This document shows, piece by piece, positions 1 to 11,746 of a stretch of DNA of 64,000 nt. The stretch spans positions 1,550,001 through 1,614,000 of the forward strand of contig JAUPSS010000001.1 in assembly GCA_040285825.1 (NCBI GenBank). Direction: 5' to 3'. Within the stretch, counting starts at the first letter, position 1. Each line of letters opens with the position of its first letter. This DNA comes from Eukaryota sp. TZLM1-RC (lineage: Eukaryota > Protista > Metamonada: BaSk clade). The notes under the pieces were generated by a model. That model saw only the letters and a list, made by a program, of their open reading frames with translations, was not told the origin of the DNA and made no database searches. The position numbers and the translations under genes are program-made.

Positions 1-1197
1 TGGTGTTGATTTTCATAAGTCAAGCTACCTTTGTAAAGCTGCCTTTATTGGAGGTGGAAAGAATTTTATTTATGAATTTGTGAATCGTTTTCCTGAAAAA
101 ATTCATCTCATTGAAAATTGTGGCAGCTCCTATCTTATTTCTTTGCAACAGGAAATTGAAACTCTTTCACCCAATATTTGGGCTAAATGTTTCCCCTCTG
201 ATATTGTGGAACTTCCTTCAAGAAGCTTGCTCTCCTTACCATTGACTTTTGCAAAATTGCAGAAAAAAATTTTGAAAGTTTTAGAAAACTTGGATTATAT
301 TGTACGTCTTAGCTTGGCTAAGGAAAAAATTCCCGTTTTTGCAAATTTTTTGATTGATCTTGAAGACAGTTGCTCAAGTTGCTTAATCTCCCAAATTCCC
401 AACATTTACGGCCTTCTACTTAATGATCACCAATGGACCACTGCAATGAGATTGAGATGTTTTCTATGGCCCTGTTCATTGCCAAATGATTTAATTTGTC
501 GCTGCAAGAGTGTTGTTACGCTTTCCCATATTTTAAACTGTAAGTATTTCATAACTTACCGCTCACTTGTTCATGACTCAGTTCGTGATCAATTATATGC
601 CATGTGCAAAAGTTTCAATATAGAGGCATTTATTGAGCCACTAGTACGTAAGCTGTCTTCAGATCAAACTGATGATTCCTTTGGTAAAAGAAGGGCAGAT
701 TTAGTAGCTCCTGGGATCGATGGTGTTCTCAATGTTGTAGACGTTGTCTCAGTGGATGTTTGCAAAAATTCTGCTGCTCGTTTAGTGTATTCCGCTGACT
801 CGCCGTTATCTAACGCCGAAAAAAAGAAGATAAAAAAATATGAAGAACCTTTGGCACAGTTAGGTAGAGTGGAACATGTGAAGTATCAGTTTGTGCCGTT
901 TGCAATTTCTCTTTTTGGCAATATTGGACCTTCAGGCTTGCACTTTTTGGAAAATTTTAAAAAAGTGTTACTGAATAGGTCTGGTAAAACAATGAACTCC
1001 ACTTTCTGGTTAAATAGAATTGTTTTTTGCATTTTCAAGTCTATTCCAACAATGATTTCAAAGGCACTTTTAGCTATTGGTGTAGAATATGAACGTAATG
1101 CTGTGAGTAGGTTCAGTAATAGTGACGCTTGTTTGGAGGATATTGAATTCTAGATGGTTATTCTTATCTCAATAAATATTCCAGTTTTTTAAAAAAA
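1..1197 (+). mobile_element. 3' part of a CRE-like non-LTR retrotransposon (post-RT region, CCHC knuckle, restriction-like endonuclease); ORF open from the window edge to 1153
   Basis: Frame open from position 2. Motifs CRCKSVVTLSHILNC (CCHC), RSLVHDSVRD (RHD-like), RRADLV...DVVSVD (PD..D-like), KKIKKYE (KxxKY), FVPFAISLFG. AATAAA and an A-tract follow the stop. Confidence 0.9.
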
Positions 1198-1198
1198 C

Positions 1199-1530
1199 CT
1201 TTGTCCAAATTGGCCAGTCAACAGCATGTAAAATACAATTTGTATCCATTTGTATTTTCTCTTGTTGGTTCACTTGCACCAAATGCTTTACGTTTTTTGG
1301 AAGATTTTGAAATGATTGTAAAGAGAAGAACTAACAGAAATTTCAACATTGTTTTCGCAAAGTAGAATTGTGTTTTCTATTTTTAAGGGGATGTTGAAGT
1401 TGGCTTCTTATGCCTTGCTTTCTGTTGGACTTCACTATAAGAGAGCTGAATCTAGTTGTTTTGTTTTGGGAAAGATGAATTATTTAGATGTTGATTTGAA
1501 AGTTTTCTAATAAATAAAGTTGTTAAAAAA
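1199..1530 (+). mobile_element. Degenerate 3'-end fragment of a related RLE non-LTR element
   Basis: Translates as HVKYNLYPFVFSLVGSLAPNALRFLEDF...RIVFSIFKGM, homologous to the C-termini at 80-1153 and 38286-39029; AATAAA and A-tract follow. Confidence 0.75.
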
Positions 1531-2493
1531 TTAAACACCTTGAAAAGGCTTTGGAAGTTATCACTCAACCTCTGTTGCCTCCATCCCAAGAACTGAACAT
1601 TGGCTCTTTACAAAATATAGTTCTTTTAGATAGTGCTGAACAACAAGACAACAAACCAAAGAAAAGAGCTGTTTGTAAAAATTGTCTTGTTGTCGGACAT
1701 TATCAGAAGACATTTCCAAACCATGTCGAAATGTGTTCTTGTAGAATATATCCGTAAGGAGGAGAATTTTATACCACAAAACTTTTGGCACAAGTTTACA
1801 AGTTTTGTGTCACCAGATTATAAGCACTTATGAAAGACTTGCAATTCTGAATTTCTAGACAATATTAATAGTTACTATCGTTTACAACATTAGGGTTTTC
1901 TGATCATGTCTTGTTCTCTACTACTAATGCCGATGATTCTTCATGCCAGATTTTTTTCTCCACTGATCATTGATGCTTGGTATCACTGCTACCTCTCGCG
2001 TTTCCCTATCCGATGAATCCCTCTCCTCTATTGTTTACACATCTTCTGCCACACTTGAGCAACTTTTGGATGTGGAAGACTATACTTGGGACTCATCATT
2101 TGGCTCAGAACCTACAGTCAGTCGGAGTAGACGAATTGTTTCCAAAATAAAATTATGCCACTTTGGAGGCTTAATGATTGCAAAACAAATGAAAATGATA
2201 ATTTTTTTTTACTTTTACATATGTACGATTTCTGCAGGGTTTTTTCAATTCATTAAGTTTTATTCAATTCGCAACGTTTTCCCAAATGGAGTTATATACA
2301 CACACAATTTTGTTGCATTAAAATGATACAATATAATGTTGAATTTGGATGTTAGAAAATCTTTCTTTATTAACAACATAAGCTATCTATAAAGAGCCAT
2401 TTCAATAATGGACTAATGAAAATGAAGAAATTCTAAAATAAGCACCTATTTCAAGCGAAAATAAACACCCCTAGTACGTTTTAGTGGTTTAAC

Positions 2494-2620
2494 TGTTATC
2501 TGTGGCTAAACGTGACCTTCCCCTTTAGGAAGGTGGATCACGTCATCTTGAGTTTAAATTGTAGTTTGCTTTTATTTTCTCTGATTTCTTATATTCTGTC
2601 CATAAACTTCTGTTTTTGTT
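2494..2620 (+). repeat. 5' LTR of family A, truncated (last ~25 bp, PBS and gag missing)
   Basis: Near-identical to 7625-7751, then jumps directly to sequence just upstream of the protease. Confidence 0.88.
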
Positions 2621-5600
2621 GGAACCGCTCCTGCTCAGAACTCAGAATCCTACGTATCTTTATCAGCCCATGAACTCAACAAGCCCGTAGATAAGAAACT
2701 TCTCCATCTTAAGATTCATGTTGACTCCCAGACTGTGCTCAATGGAATGGTAGACACTGGTGCTACTGTGTCTTGCATATCTCGTGACCAACTCAAGCAA
2801 GTTAGGCTGAAGCTAACCTCCAAGACCCTAGAAGTTGATTTAGCCGACGAAACCAAGCTCTCCTGTCCCCTTGCTTCTGGAAAACTCGCTTTTGCTCTAG
2901 GTGGTGCTGCAAAGCTCACGTACGTGAACGTAACCCTTGCTGTATTGCCATGCTCAAACTCCTGCATCATAGGATGTGATTTGTTAAGAAAGCTAGGCAT
3001 CCTGATCTCTGACTATTTGTTCTTGAAGCTTTCTGCCAGAAAACTCCAAATTCTCGAAGACGAAGCCATACCAGACCAATATATACCGCCTTCTGACCAA
3101 GTGTCCTCTGTTTCCTCCCTCCCTGATTTAGATAAAGCTTCATTCAAGATGAATGACCCCGACTTAGAGAGCTCCGTCCGATCCCTCCTGTTCAAGTATC
3201 CTGAAATCTTCTCTAAGCGCCCCGACCCCGAAGGAATTGACTGCCCTTCCATGCGAATACCGTTCCATGATGAGTCCAAGATAGTGAGCAAGAAGTTTCG
3301 CTATCTTCCTCCGGATAAGCTAAAGGTAGCTAACGAGGAATTTGACACTCTGATTAACAATGGTTTCGCTGTGCCTTATGATGGTCCCTGGAGCTCCCCG
3401 ATATGCCTCGTCCAACGTCCCGACAAGCCTCCCAGATTGACTGGAGACTACTCAGGTGCCGATGGGGTCAATAATCTCTCTGTCTCTGTTCCTGCCGATC
3501 TCCCCAGAATCACCGACGTGTGCCAGTTCCTATCCGACTCTCATTACATCGCAACTCTTGACCTCCCAAAAGCCTTTTGGCAGCTGAACCTGCATCCTGA
3601 CGATCAGGAAAAGTCTGCTTTAGCTATCCCCGGCCGCAAAATTAAGTACACTCGTGCTGCCTTTGGTCTCAAAAATGTCCCAGCTATATTCCAGAATCTG
3701 ATGAAGAAAGTCTTCAAATCTGATGGTGTCTTTATTCACATGGATGACATTATCGTAGCTGCCTCTGATAAGAGGTCCTATTTGGCCAGGCTAGAATTTA
3801 TCTTTAAGCAAGCCGCCCAGTACAGAATCCGTATAGGCCTCCACAAGTGTTCTTTCCAAACCAAGGAACACCCTATCAAGGTCCTTGGATCTATTTATGA
3901 AAATGGCCAACGCAGAATAGACCCCTCCAAGATTGAATCCCTTACCAAGCTTGCTCCTCCCACCTCTGTCCCTGAACTCCGATCTTTTATCGGATCTGTG
4001 AACTTTCTCCGCGACTGGTTACTCTGTATCCGCTGAAATTGAACCTCTAACTGCTCTCCTTCGTAACAAGCCCAGAAGATTACGACTAGGCCCCTCCAAA
4101 TTAAAGAACTTTGACAACATTAAGAAAATGATAACCAGCAGCTTACCTCTGGCCCTTCCTGACTCGGATAGCAACATCTTAATCTCTACCGACGCTTCCG
4201 AGAAAGCCATCACTGGAATCATTTGGAAAGAACTAGAACCCTCTCCTCCTGGAACCTGTCTATCCAAAAGCAAGGTTATGCCCATTTCCTTCTATTCTAG
4301 AATCTTGTCCGCCTCCCAACAACGCTGGTCTACCATCCAGAAAGAACTATTCGCCATAGTTATGACTCTCAACCAGCCCAACTTGTCGTCCTTCCTGCTC
4401 TCTAGACACCTCACGATCTTCTGCGACCACAAGAATCTGTCGTATTTATTCAGTTGCCCTGAATCTAACCGCGTAGTTCTCCGATGGATCCCAGTTCTGC
4501 AATCTTTTTCGTTTGAATGCGTTCATATTGAAGGTCCCAAGAATTATTGGGCAGATTATTTATCCCGCGCCTCTCTACTCCCCGGTAAGAAGAAAGAGAA
4601 GAAGACCAGAGATATCTGTGATAACCCTGCCCCTGAACTGTGCTGCATGATGACTCATCGAGGATCGGCTAACTCTCCTCTATGGAACTACCTGAACGTC
4701 GACGATCTGACGCACTCCTCCCCCCTACTGGTACGACATTGACTTTGACACCGCACAAAGAACTCATCATCCCTCCGCCCTCCGTCCTAAGCATTTTGTG
4801 ACAGCTCACCTCAACTCCCACAAACACTTCATCCGATATAACCTGAACCCTGAACCTCATGAACTACTCTCTCCCTCTTCCGCCCGCTTCTTCGTCCTCT
4901 CAACTGATCTACCACTGATGTTCGTCAACACCACTGCTCCAAGAGACTTTGGCAAAGCTGCTTTCGACCCCCTACCCATGTCCACTCCTGCTGAACCCGA
5001 TGTTGAACCCCTTGGCCTATATACTAGAAACTTCAAGGTTAACGATTTGGTCCAACAGGCCAACTGGAACTCCCGTATATACTTCCAGCACCCCAAGATG
5101 CCCCGCTTACACTATCTTCCCGAGGTTATGCCCCTGAACGCTCACCCCAGTATCCTCAACTACCTTTATTCTAACGTCACCCTAGGGACTCTGATTGACC
5201 ACGCGCATATTTTCCATTTCATTCCCCTCCCTACTCACATGGCCCCTCTTAGCTGGGAAAGAAACCGTCACCTCTCCCACCGATACCACTGTTCGACCCC
5301 TCCTCCTTGCAGCCCCAGAGAATGTCCCAACTCCCCCAAATGTGACCATTTCCCTTGGAACCCCGACATGCATACTGACAGCCCCTTTGGTGAACAGCTA
5401 TATGACTTCTGCTTACTCCCTGCTGCCCTAACGTGCTCCGACCTGAGACCTTCCCCAAGACCTCCCGCTCTAGCCAACCACCAACTACTCCCCGGCCCCT
5501 TTTACGCCGACTGTACCTTACCTACGTCCCGAGACATCATCTCCTTCATTCCCCTTTGCCTACTCAAGCCCGAGATCCACCTAGTTTACCACTACGACGA

Positions 5601-7630
5601 AGACGAGATTACTCCCTGCCCCATAGCCATTCCATGCTTGGAGATGGTCCATGGCCACCAAATAGACGCTCATGATAGAAAAATCCACTATCATTATTTG
5701 CCGCTGGACCATCATTCTGTCTTCGAATCTAAAGACGAACCCCAATTCATACACGAAGCATCGTACATTTGCTCTCACTTCGAAGACATCCGTTCCCTCC
5801 TGTTTGACGGCCCTACTCAATACCACTCCCGTCTCGATTTCGTTTTACGAGATGAAGTCCTCGAAATCATTGATTAAAGTGATGGTCGTCAGGCCTTCTT
5901 TAATGTTAATCGCTCCCCAGACGATCCCCCGGCCTACTACCTCCCAAGTTCCCGTTTCCACTTGCCTACTCGCAGAGAGATCTTTGAACTCCACGCGCAA
6001 GTATTTGATCATCCCCGTTTCCTCCGTTCCCAATTCATGTCCGAAGATGATGAACATGATCGAAGATTCAGTTCTGATTCAGCCATGATCGATATCTCTT
6101 CTGACACCGACTCTGACGGCAATGTACAAATTGTATCCACTATTACTGCCGCCACTCCCGATGACTCCTCCACTAGTTCTGATCACCTTCCGCCCGCTCC
6201 CAGAAGTTTCCCTGCCCAAGCCGTACTAGATAAGTTATTCAGGCTCAGCAGAAACTCTCCGACGACGATCCCCTTTTCACCTCTTGTAAAATTGACCCTC
6301 AGTCAGGCCTGAAGCTAACTTCGGATCACAAGATTCTAGTCCCGCCGATCCTGCGTTCTGAGATCCTCCTGCTTGCCCATGGATCTATTGAGGCCGGCCA
6401 CCCTCCATTTGCCCAATGCTGGAAATCTCTTCAACAATCCAATTTTCAGTGACCTGACATGCGGAACGACCTTCGAACCCATGTCAATGCATGTATTTCT
6501 TTCCAGAAGACTGCCCCCTCCCGAAGACCTTGATCTCTTCCACTGGATCTCTGAATTCTGTTCGTCGCCCCTTTGAGAGTTTGCATTGCGATCCTATCGG
6601 TCCGCTCTCAGCTGATACTTATGGCTATAAGTATATAGTCCACTTCGTTGACGCTTTTCCTAAATTTAGCATTCTTGTTCCCACCAAAGACCTCAAGGCC
6701 ACTACTATCCTTAACGCCCTGATCTCCTCAGTCTACTCTGTCTTCGATGCCCCACGTCGTATCCACTCTGATAACGGCCCGGAATTTGCCAACAAAATAT
6801 TTAGTTTATTATGCCAATTCTTGAACATTGAACATACCCAATCCCTACCCCACTACCATCAGTCCAATGGCCTTGTTGAGCGCCAACACCGAAGTTCCCT
6901 CCAGGTAATCCGCCGAATGCTACTCGATTGTTCTGACTATCATAACTGGTCAGATTATGTTCCCCTGTGCCAAATGGTTTTGAATTCCCAGGAAAGAAAG
7001 GCCCTGAACTAATCCCCGTATCGTCTCATCTTTGGATCCGACACCTCTCCCCGTTTATTGCCCAACCAGCTTTTGAATTCATTGTCCACTGACCCTCTCC
7101 CTCCTGACAAGCCCGAGTTCATTGAACACCTCGTGATCTTAACGAATAAACTCCTAGCCTCATGGGAAGCCGTAGCCATGTCCCCTGTTCCGCTCCCCAC
7201 TGACGTACCCGAGCCTGCTTATTACCCTCAGGCCAATCGAGTTTTTGTTCTGCGCGAGAAGCCAGACAAACTCCACGGTCACTTTGTAGGTCCATATGTC
7301 GTCCTCAAAGTCCTCTCTTCTAGTTCTCTCCTGGTCCAGAACCCTGTCTCAGGTTCATCTCTCAAAACAGCTACCCACCTCGTAAAGCCTTGCTTGTCCT
7401 CGTTACCCCCAGAGATACTCGACGCCTATGTAGCTGCTGATTCAGGCGAGCTGATTCTTGACGCTATCATGGATATCACTGATGAGTCCGCCACTGTGCT
7501 TTGGTCCGATGGGACCACCACTGTTCAGCCTGTTTCTTCCATTCGGAACACTGCCGCATACTCTAGTTATATCAAGCTTGCCGCCGATCCTCCCAAGTCC
7601 CGCCGGAAAAGAAAGAGAAAGCAGTGTTAG
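2621..7630 (+). pseudogene. pol: Frameshifted pol polyprotein: aspartic protease, RT, RNase H, ~500-aa insert, integrase (H2C2, DDE, GPY/F), chromo-like tail
   Basis: VDTGATVSCI; LDLPKAFWQ, FGLKNVP, IHMDDII; TDASEKA, QKELFAIV, CDHKNL, WADYLSR; DPIGP, SDNGPEF, SNGLVERQHR; GHFVGPYVV. Spread over ORFs 2735-4036, 4128-4742, 4798-5877, 5962-6312, 6491-7012 and 7058-7630. Confidence 0.92.
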
Positions 7631-7776
7631 CTGTGGCTAAACGTGACCTTCCCCTTTAGGAAGGTGGATCACGTCATCATGAGTTTAAATTGTAGTTTGT
7701 TTTTATTTTCTCTGATTTCTTATATTCTGTCCATAAACTTCTGTTTTTGTTTATGTTTAGTGCACAAAAAGCAACA
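7625..7776 (+). repeat. 3' LTR of family A (152 bp, TG...CA)
   Basis: Follows the PPT, ends AGCAACA and is followed by the TSD TAAC; contains an internal hairpin ACGTGACCTTCC...GGAAGG..TCACGT. Confidence 0.88.
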
Positions 7777-8347
7777 TAACTTCATCTAAAAATCCAAACA
7801 CCCTTGGATTTTCGGGATATTCAGAAGCATCATTAAGAAACCTTTCTATTTTACCTTTGAAACGATTCAATACATCCTCCGAGCAAATCTCAGAATTACA
7901 ACAAAAATCAAGTTCTGTAGGTACAAGATTTTTAAGGAAATTACAGGCACCAACTCCAATTTCTTCACTTAGTCCTTCTAGGGCACTGGTTAACGTTTTA
8001 TAGTGTGTGATTTTAGGAAAAGGTTTCTCAAAGTGATTATACAGTTGCAGTAGTAGTGAATACAAGAAAACACAGTAATCTTCCATGAACGAAACCTTTG
8101 GTAGTGGACAAAAAACATCACCATGAACTCTTAGTCTGGGAGGGACTTGAAATGCTTTGAAAAGACAAAGAGTATCTACGTGACTCTGGGAAGGAGAAAT
8201 CTCTACCATAAGCTCAAAATCAATCAATTGACACGTCAGCATCCCATTGACTTTTTTAAAAACAAAGTTAGCCAACCGACAATAAAAAAAGTGGCCCATA
8301 TGCATACCTTTGTATGGACGACTTGGAAAAACTGCCATAAATTTCAT
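7757..8347 (-). pseudogene. Short HIGH-motif (HMGH) nucleotidyltransferase / TrpRS-like ORF interrupted near its 3' end by the LTR element
   Basis: N-terminal PSRPYKGMHMGHFF...CQLIDFE resembles the class I aaRS Rossmann start. The last codons come from the LTR; the pre-insertion frame continues left of 2490 (KPLKRTRGVYFRLK*, stop at 2446-2448). Confidence 0.4.
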
Positions 8348-9129
8348 TGATTATTTTGCAAATTTCGAAAAACACAGAGTGAATAAGCGTTTTGATCATC
8401 ATTAGTGGTCAAATCGTACTGATTTTACTATTTTCAAAACCATTCCCAAAATGGTTTCAAAATCTTTGATGTGCATCAGTGCGCATAACCAAGACATTGC
8501 TGTTGTACGGTTTGATGGTGTGGAAGCTTCCTTCTTTGGCAGATATTGATTTCTAGATTGTATTTTCGAAAATAGTTGATTTTTTTTGACTGCTTTGGGA
8601 TAAAAAGATCTTTTTTTTATCTAGGTGAAATTAATTCAAATGTTTCAAACACCATGTTTGAAAATAATTTAAATTTTCAAAAAAAGAGAAATTCAATTGA
8701 GTCCATCACAGCACTTCTGAATATGAAGTTAAATGTATGATTATCTTTATGATGTAACTCACCAAAAGCATCTGACAAAGAATTGAGCTTTTTGACATAT
8801 GATAAACCAAAGTTTTGACATTATCCTTAGTATGAACAAGAAACTGATTGTAATCAGATCGATCATCTACCAAATATAATCTTTTACTTTTGGTTTATTA
8901 TTTGAAATTTATTAATATTATTTTCGAATGAATGGTTCTCTTATTCCCTATTGAAACCAATTTTTATACACAAGCTGTTGTAATGAGTCGGTGTTTTCTT
9001 TGTGGATAAATAGAAAAATATTGATTATGGGCTCTCAACTAGAACCGTAGCCTCTAGTTGACCATTTGCATCATTTAGAGTTATTTTATATATTAATTAT
9101 TGTATTATTAATCTTGGACTAAACATAAT

Positions 9130-9680
9130 GGAAAAGTTCGTTTCAATTGCTATTGGTGAATCCATTTATCGTCTGATGTCATTTGTAATTTTCAACAAAA
9201 TTGCATCAAAAGCATAGGAATATTTCTCTCCTCAATATGGAAACAAAACTATAGATGGAGCATCAATTGCAGCTTTGACATCTGTTTTACTTTTTAATTG
9301 TAAAAAAAATAATTGCATTTTTAACTTTGATATCACCAGTGGAAACAGAATCAATTTGGAAACAACTTAGGACAAATTTTGCTGAACTTAATACATTCTT
9401 TTATAGTTTTTATGGCAATTCTTCTGATTTCATTTTGAATCTCTTGATTCTCGATTCGCTTTCCGGAGTTAAACAAGGAGACCCTTTAAAATCTTTCTTT
9501 TTTTGTGTCGCAATTCATCCAATATTGAAAAAACTAAAGGAAGAAAATAGTGACCTTCAAGGGGTAGCCTACATTGATGACACTTCCTGTATTAGTTGAG
9601 ACAGTACAATTCAAAGAGTTGCTAATAAAGCTGCTACATTATATCAATCCATAGATCTTGATTTGAATGTTCAAAAATGA
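9130..9680 (+). mobile_element. Degenerate non-LTR reverse transcriptase fragment
   Basis: RSIAIGESIYRL..., SGVKQGDPL, AYIDD motifs with stops and frameshifts. Confidence 0.85.
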
Positions 9681-10699
9681 TTTCGAAAACTTTGATGTCT
9701 GTCAGTGCATATTAAGAAAACATTGCTGTTGTACGGTTTGATTGTGTGGAAGCTTGTTGTGAAGATATTGTATTGATTTTTAGACTGTAATTTTTAGAAT
9801 AAATTAAATACTTTAAAAATAATCTTGGAACTGATGGAAACAATACTTACTGACTTGTTTGGCATCTCTCACTGTTTCACTTCTTCAATGGAAAATTGTG
9901 GTAATCTTTTTATCATAGCGAATTCAACTCGAGGCGCATTAGAAAATGTCAAATCTTTTCATTGCTGTTTCTTGAACAATAAGTTGTCACTTTATTTTGT
10001 TCAGTGTGGCAGTTCAATCAATAGAAGAGAGCATCTACAGGATTATGTTTTTTCTGTTAAAAAAAGCTGTTATTTGCAACATTACAGGGGCAAAATCAAC
10101 AACCACTTCTGAGTTATCAATAAATCCACAGCAATTATCACATTCACTCAAATTCAATATCCTTTGAACAGTAGCCCAATATTGATATACCCAAGTTAAC
10201 TACATCGTATATTTCTTACCATCAATTGATCATGGAATTGTTGTGGCTGTACTATTGTAAACAAAAGGTGATACAAGTTTTGATAATGACACAACCTTCC
10301 TTTAAACAAAAGTAGGAGTTTAATCAATTGCACAACTTTACTGCTTTGCGAAAAATTGAGTGTTTCAATTATATAGAACATCTAAAAAATACATGACACA
10401 AATTTTTCTTTACCAGCAAATTTTAATTTAAGGAACAAACCTGGAGTTAAATTTTCATTGATTTCATAAACCTGAACAAAATAACAATAATTGTGATTGT
10501 TGAAAAATTTAACAACTTCTTTTTACCAATTTCAGTTGGAATGCCATAGTTTGGATTTCTTGATGTATGAACAATTGGCTTGCTACAGTTTACCATTTTT
10601 CCAAAATAATCACTTTAATAGTCAAAAACTACCAATAATTATTAAACAAAAAATAAATTCATGATTAGGTATGATGATTCGCATACTGTCAATTCCTAA

Positions 10700-11340
10700 A
10701 AAACCTAAGAAGTGCTACTTGCAAGATGTTTGATAACTTTGCTTAAGAAGTTTTCCTAAATCTGCTAAAAAATCAGACCTTCAGTTCCAAGGGTACCAAA
10801 AATAGAAGTAGCAACTGGGAAAAACTTGATGTTTCTGCCGCTTGCTCCACTGAGACGTTGAAGAAGGTCTTCGTAATTTGATTTCTTGGAATGCTCTGCA
10901 ACTTTGGGCAAATGTTGAATGTCAGAATTGGAGCTCTTCTTCCATAAAGACGGTAGTACAATCGATAATTAGTTCAGTTCCATCATACCAAGCACAATGA
11001 ATGTCACCTCGTTTTTGGCTCAAACTACAATTTAATTCATCAAACAGTGGTTTTGAACGAACTGGATGATGAGCGCATTTTAACAAATCATAAATACAAT
11101 CACGGACTGCATTGTGGATAATAGATCTTTTTTGAGTGAATTTACAGCAGGAAACAGGGTGATCAAATGAACCATAAGTACCACATTTACATTTCATATT
11201 TGAAAAGGATTAGGAGGAAGTAGATTAACTGATTCGCATGACTGTCAAAAATTGGATGTCTGAAAACAGTAATCCAAAACGACCAAAAACTTGTGTTATC
11301 AAAAAAGAAGAACAATTTAAATCAAATTTATGTAAATTAG
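10700..11340 (-). mobile_element. Degenerate RLE non-LTR fragment (zinc knuckle plus endonuclease)
   Basis: CKCGTYGSFDHPVSC, RSIIHNAVRD, KRGDIH...IIDCTTV. Confidence 0.8.
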
Positions 11341-11399
11341 ACGCAAAATCAATAAAATTAAATTAAATTGTTGAGATATTAAATGATTTAAATAAGAAC

Positions 11400-11720
11400 C
11401 TTTATTCGAAGTTTTCGTTTGTTCCTTTTGCCTTTTCGATTTTTGGCAATATTGGACAATCCGCCTTGAATTTCATCAATGATTTTGGTAATTTATGTCG
11501 TTCAAGTGGTAAGAATTTTGCAGAGAATTTATGGAAAAATCGTATCATTTTCGCTTTGTACAGAAGTGTTCCCAAGTACTTTAGTTTAATGATGTCTAAA
11601 CTTTATAAGGATTCATCAAGAGTTGGCGTGGAGAATTTAGTTTCTTATGTGTTTTAGTTTGTTTTGTTTTTATTTGATTCTTTATATAATTGGTTACAAT
11701 AAATTAGATTAAATAAAAAT
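11400..11720 (+). mobile_element. 3'-end fragment of an RLE non-LTR element
   Basis: FVPFAFSIFGNIGQSALNFINDF...WKNRIIFALYRSVP followed by AATAAA and an A-rich tail. Confidence 0.75.
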
Positions 11721-11746
11721 TAATTAATTAATTTATTATTAATTAA

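Larger units (their letters stand above)
2494..7776 (+). mobile_element. Ty3/gypsy LTR retrotransposon (family A), gag deleted, 4-bp TSD TAAC
   Basis: Direct repeats starting TGTTA at 2494 and 7625. The 3' LTR ends GCAACA at 7776. TAAC flanks at 2490-2493 and 7777-7780. Polypurine tract GGAAAAGAAAGAGAAAGCAG precedes the 3' LTR. Domain order PR-RT-RH-IN. Confidence 0.92.

Noticed and set aside
1551-1760. Zinc-knuckle ORF CKNCLVVGHYQKT
   Set aside because: Probably a transposon scrap; too short to classify.
8450-10690. Degraded gene family remnants (8450-8570 resembles 9676-9800; 10095-10150 resembles 34795-34845)
   Set aside because: The repeats are real but too decayed to assign a product.
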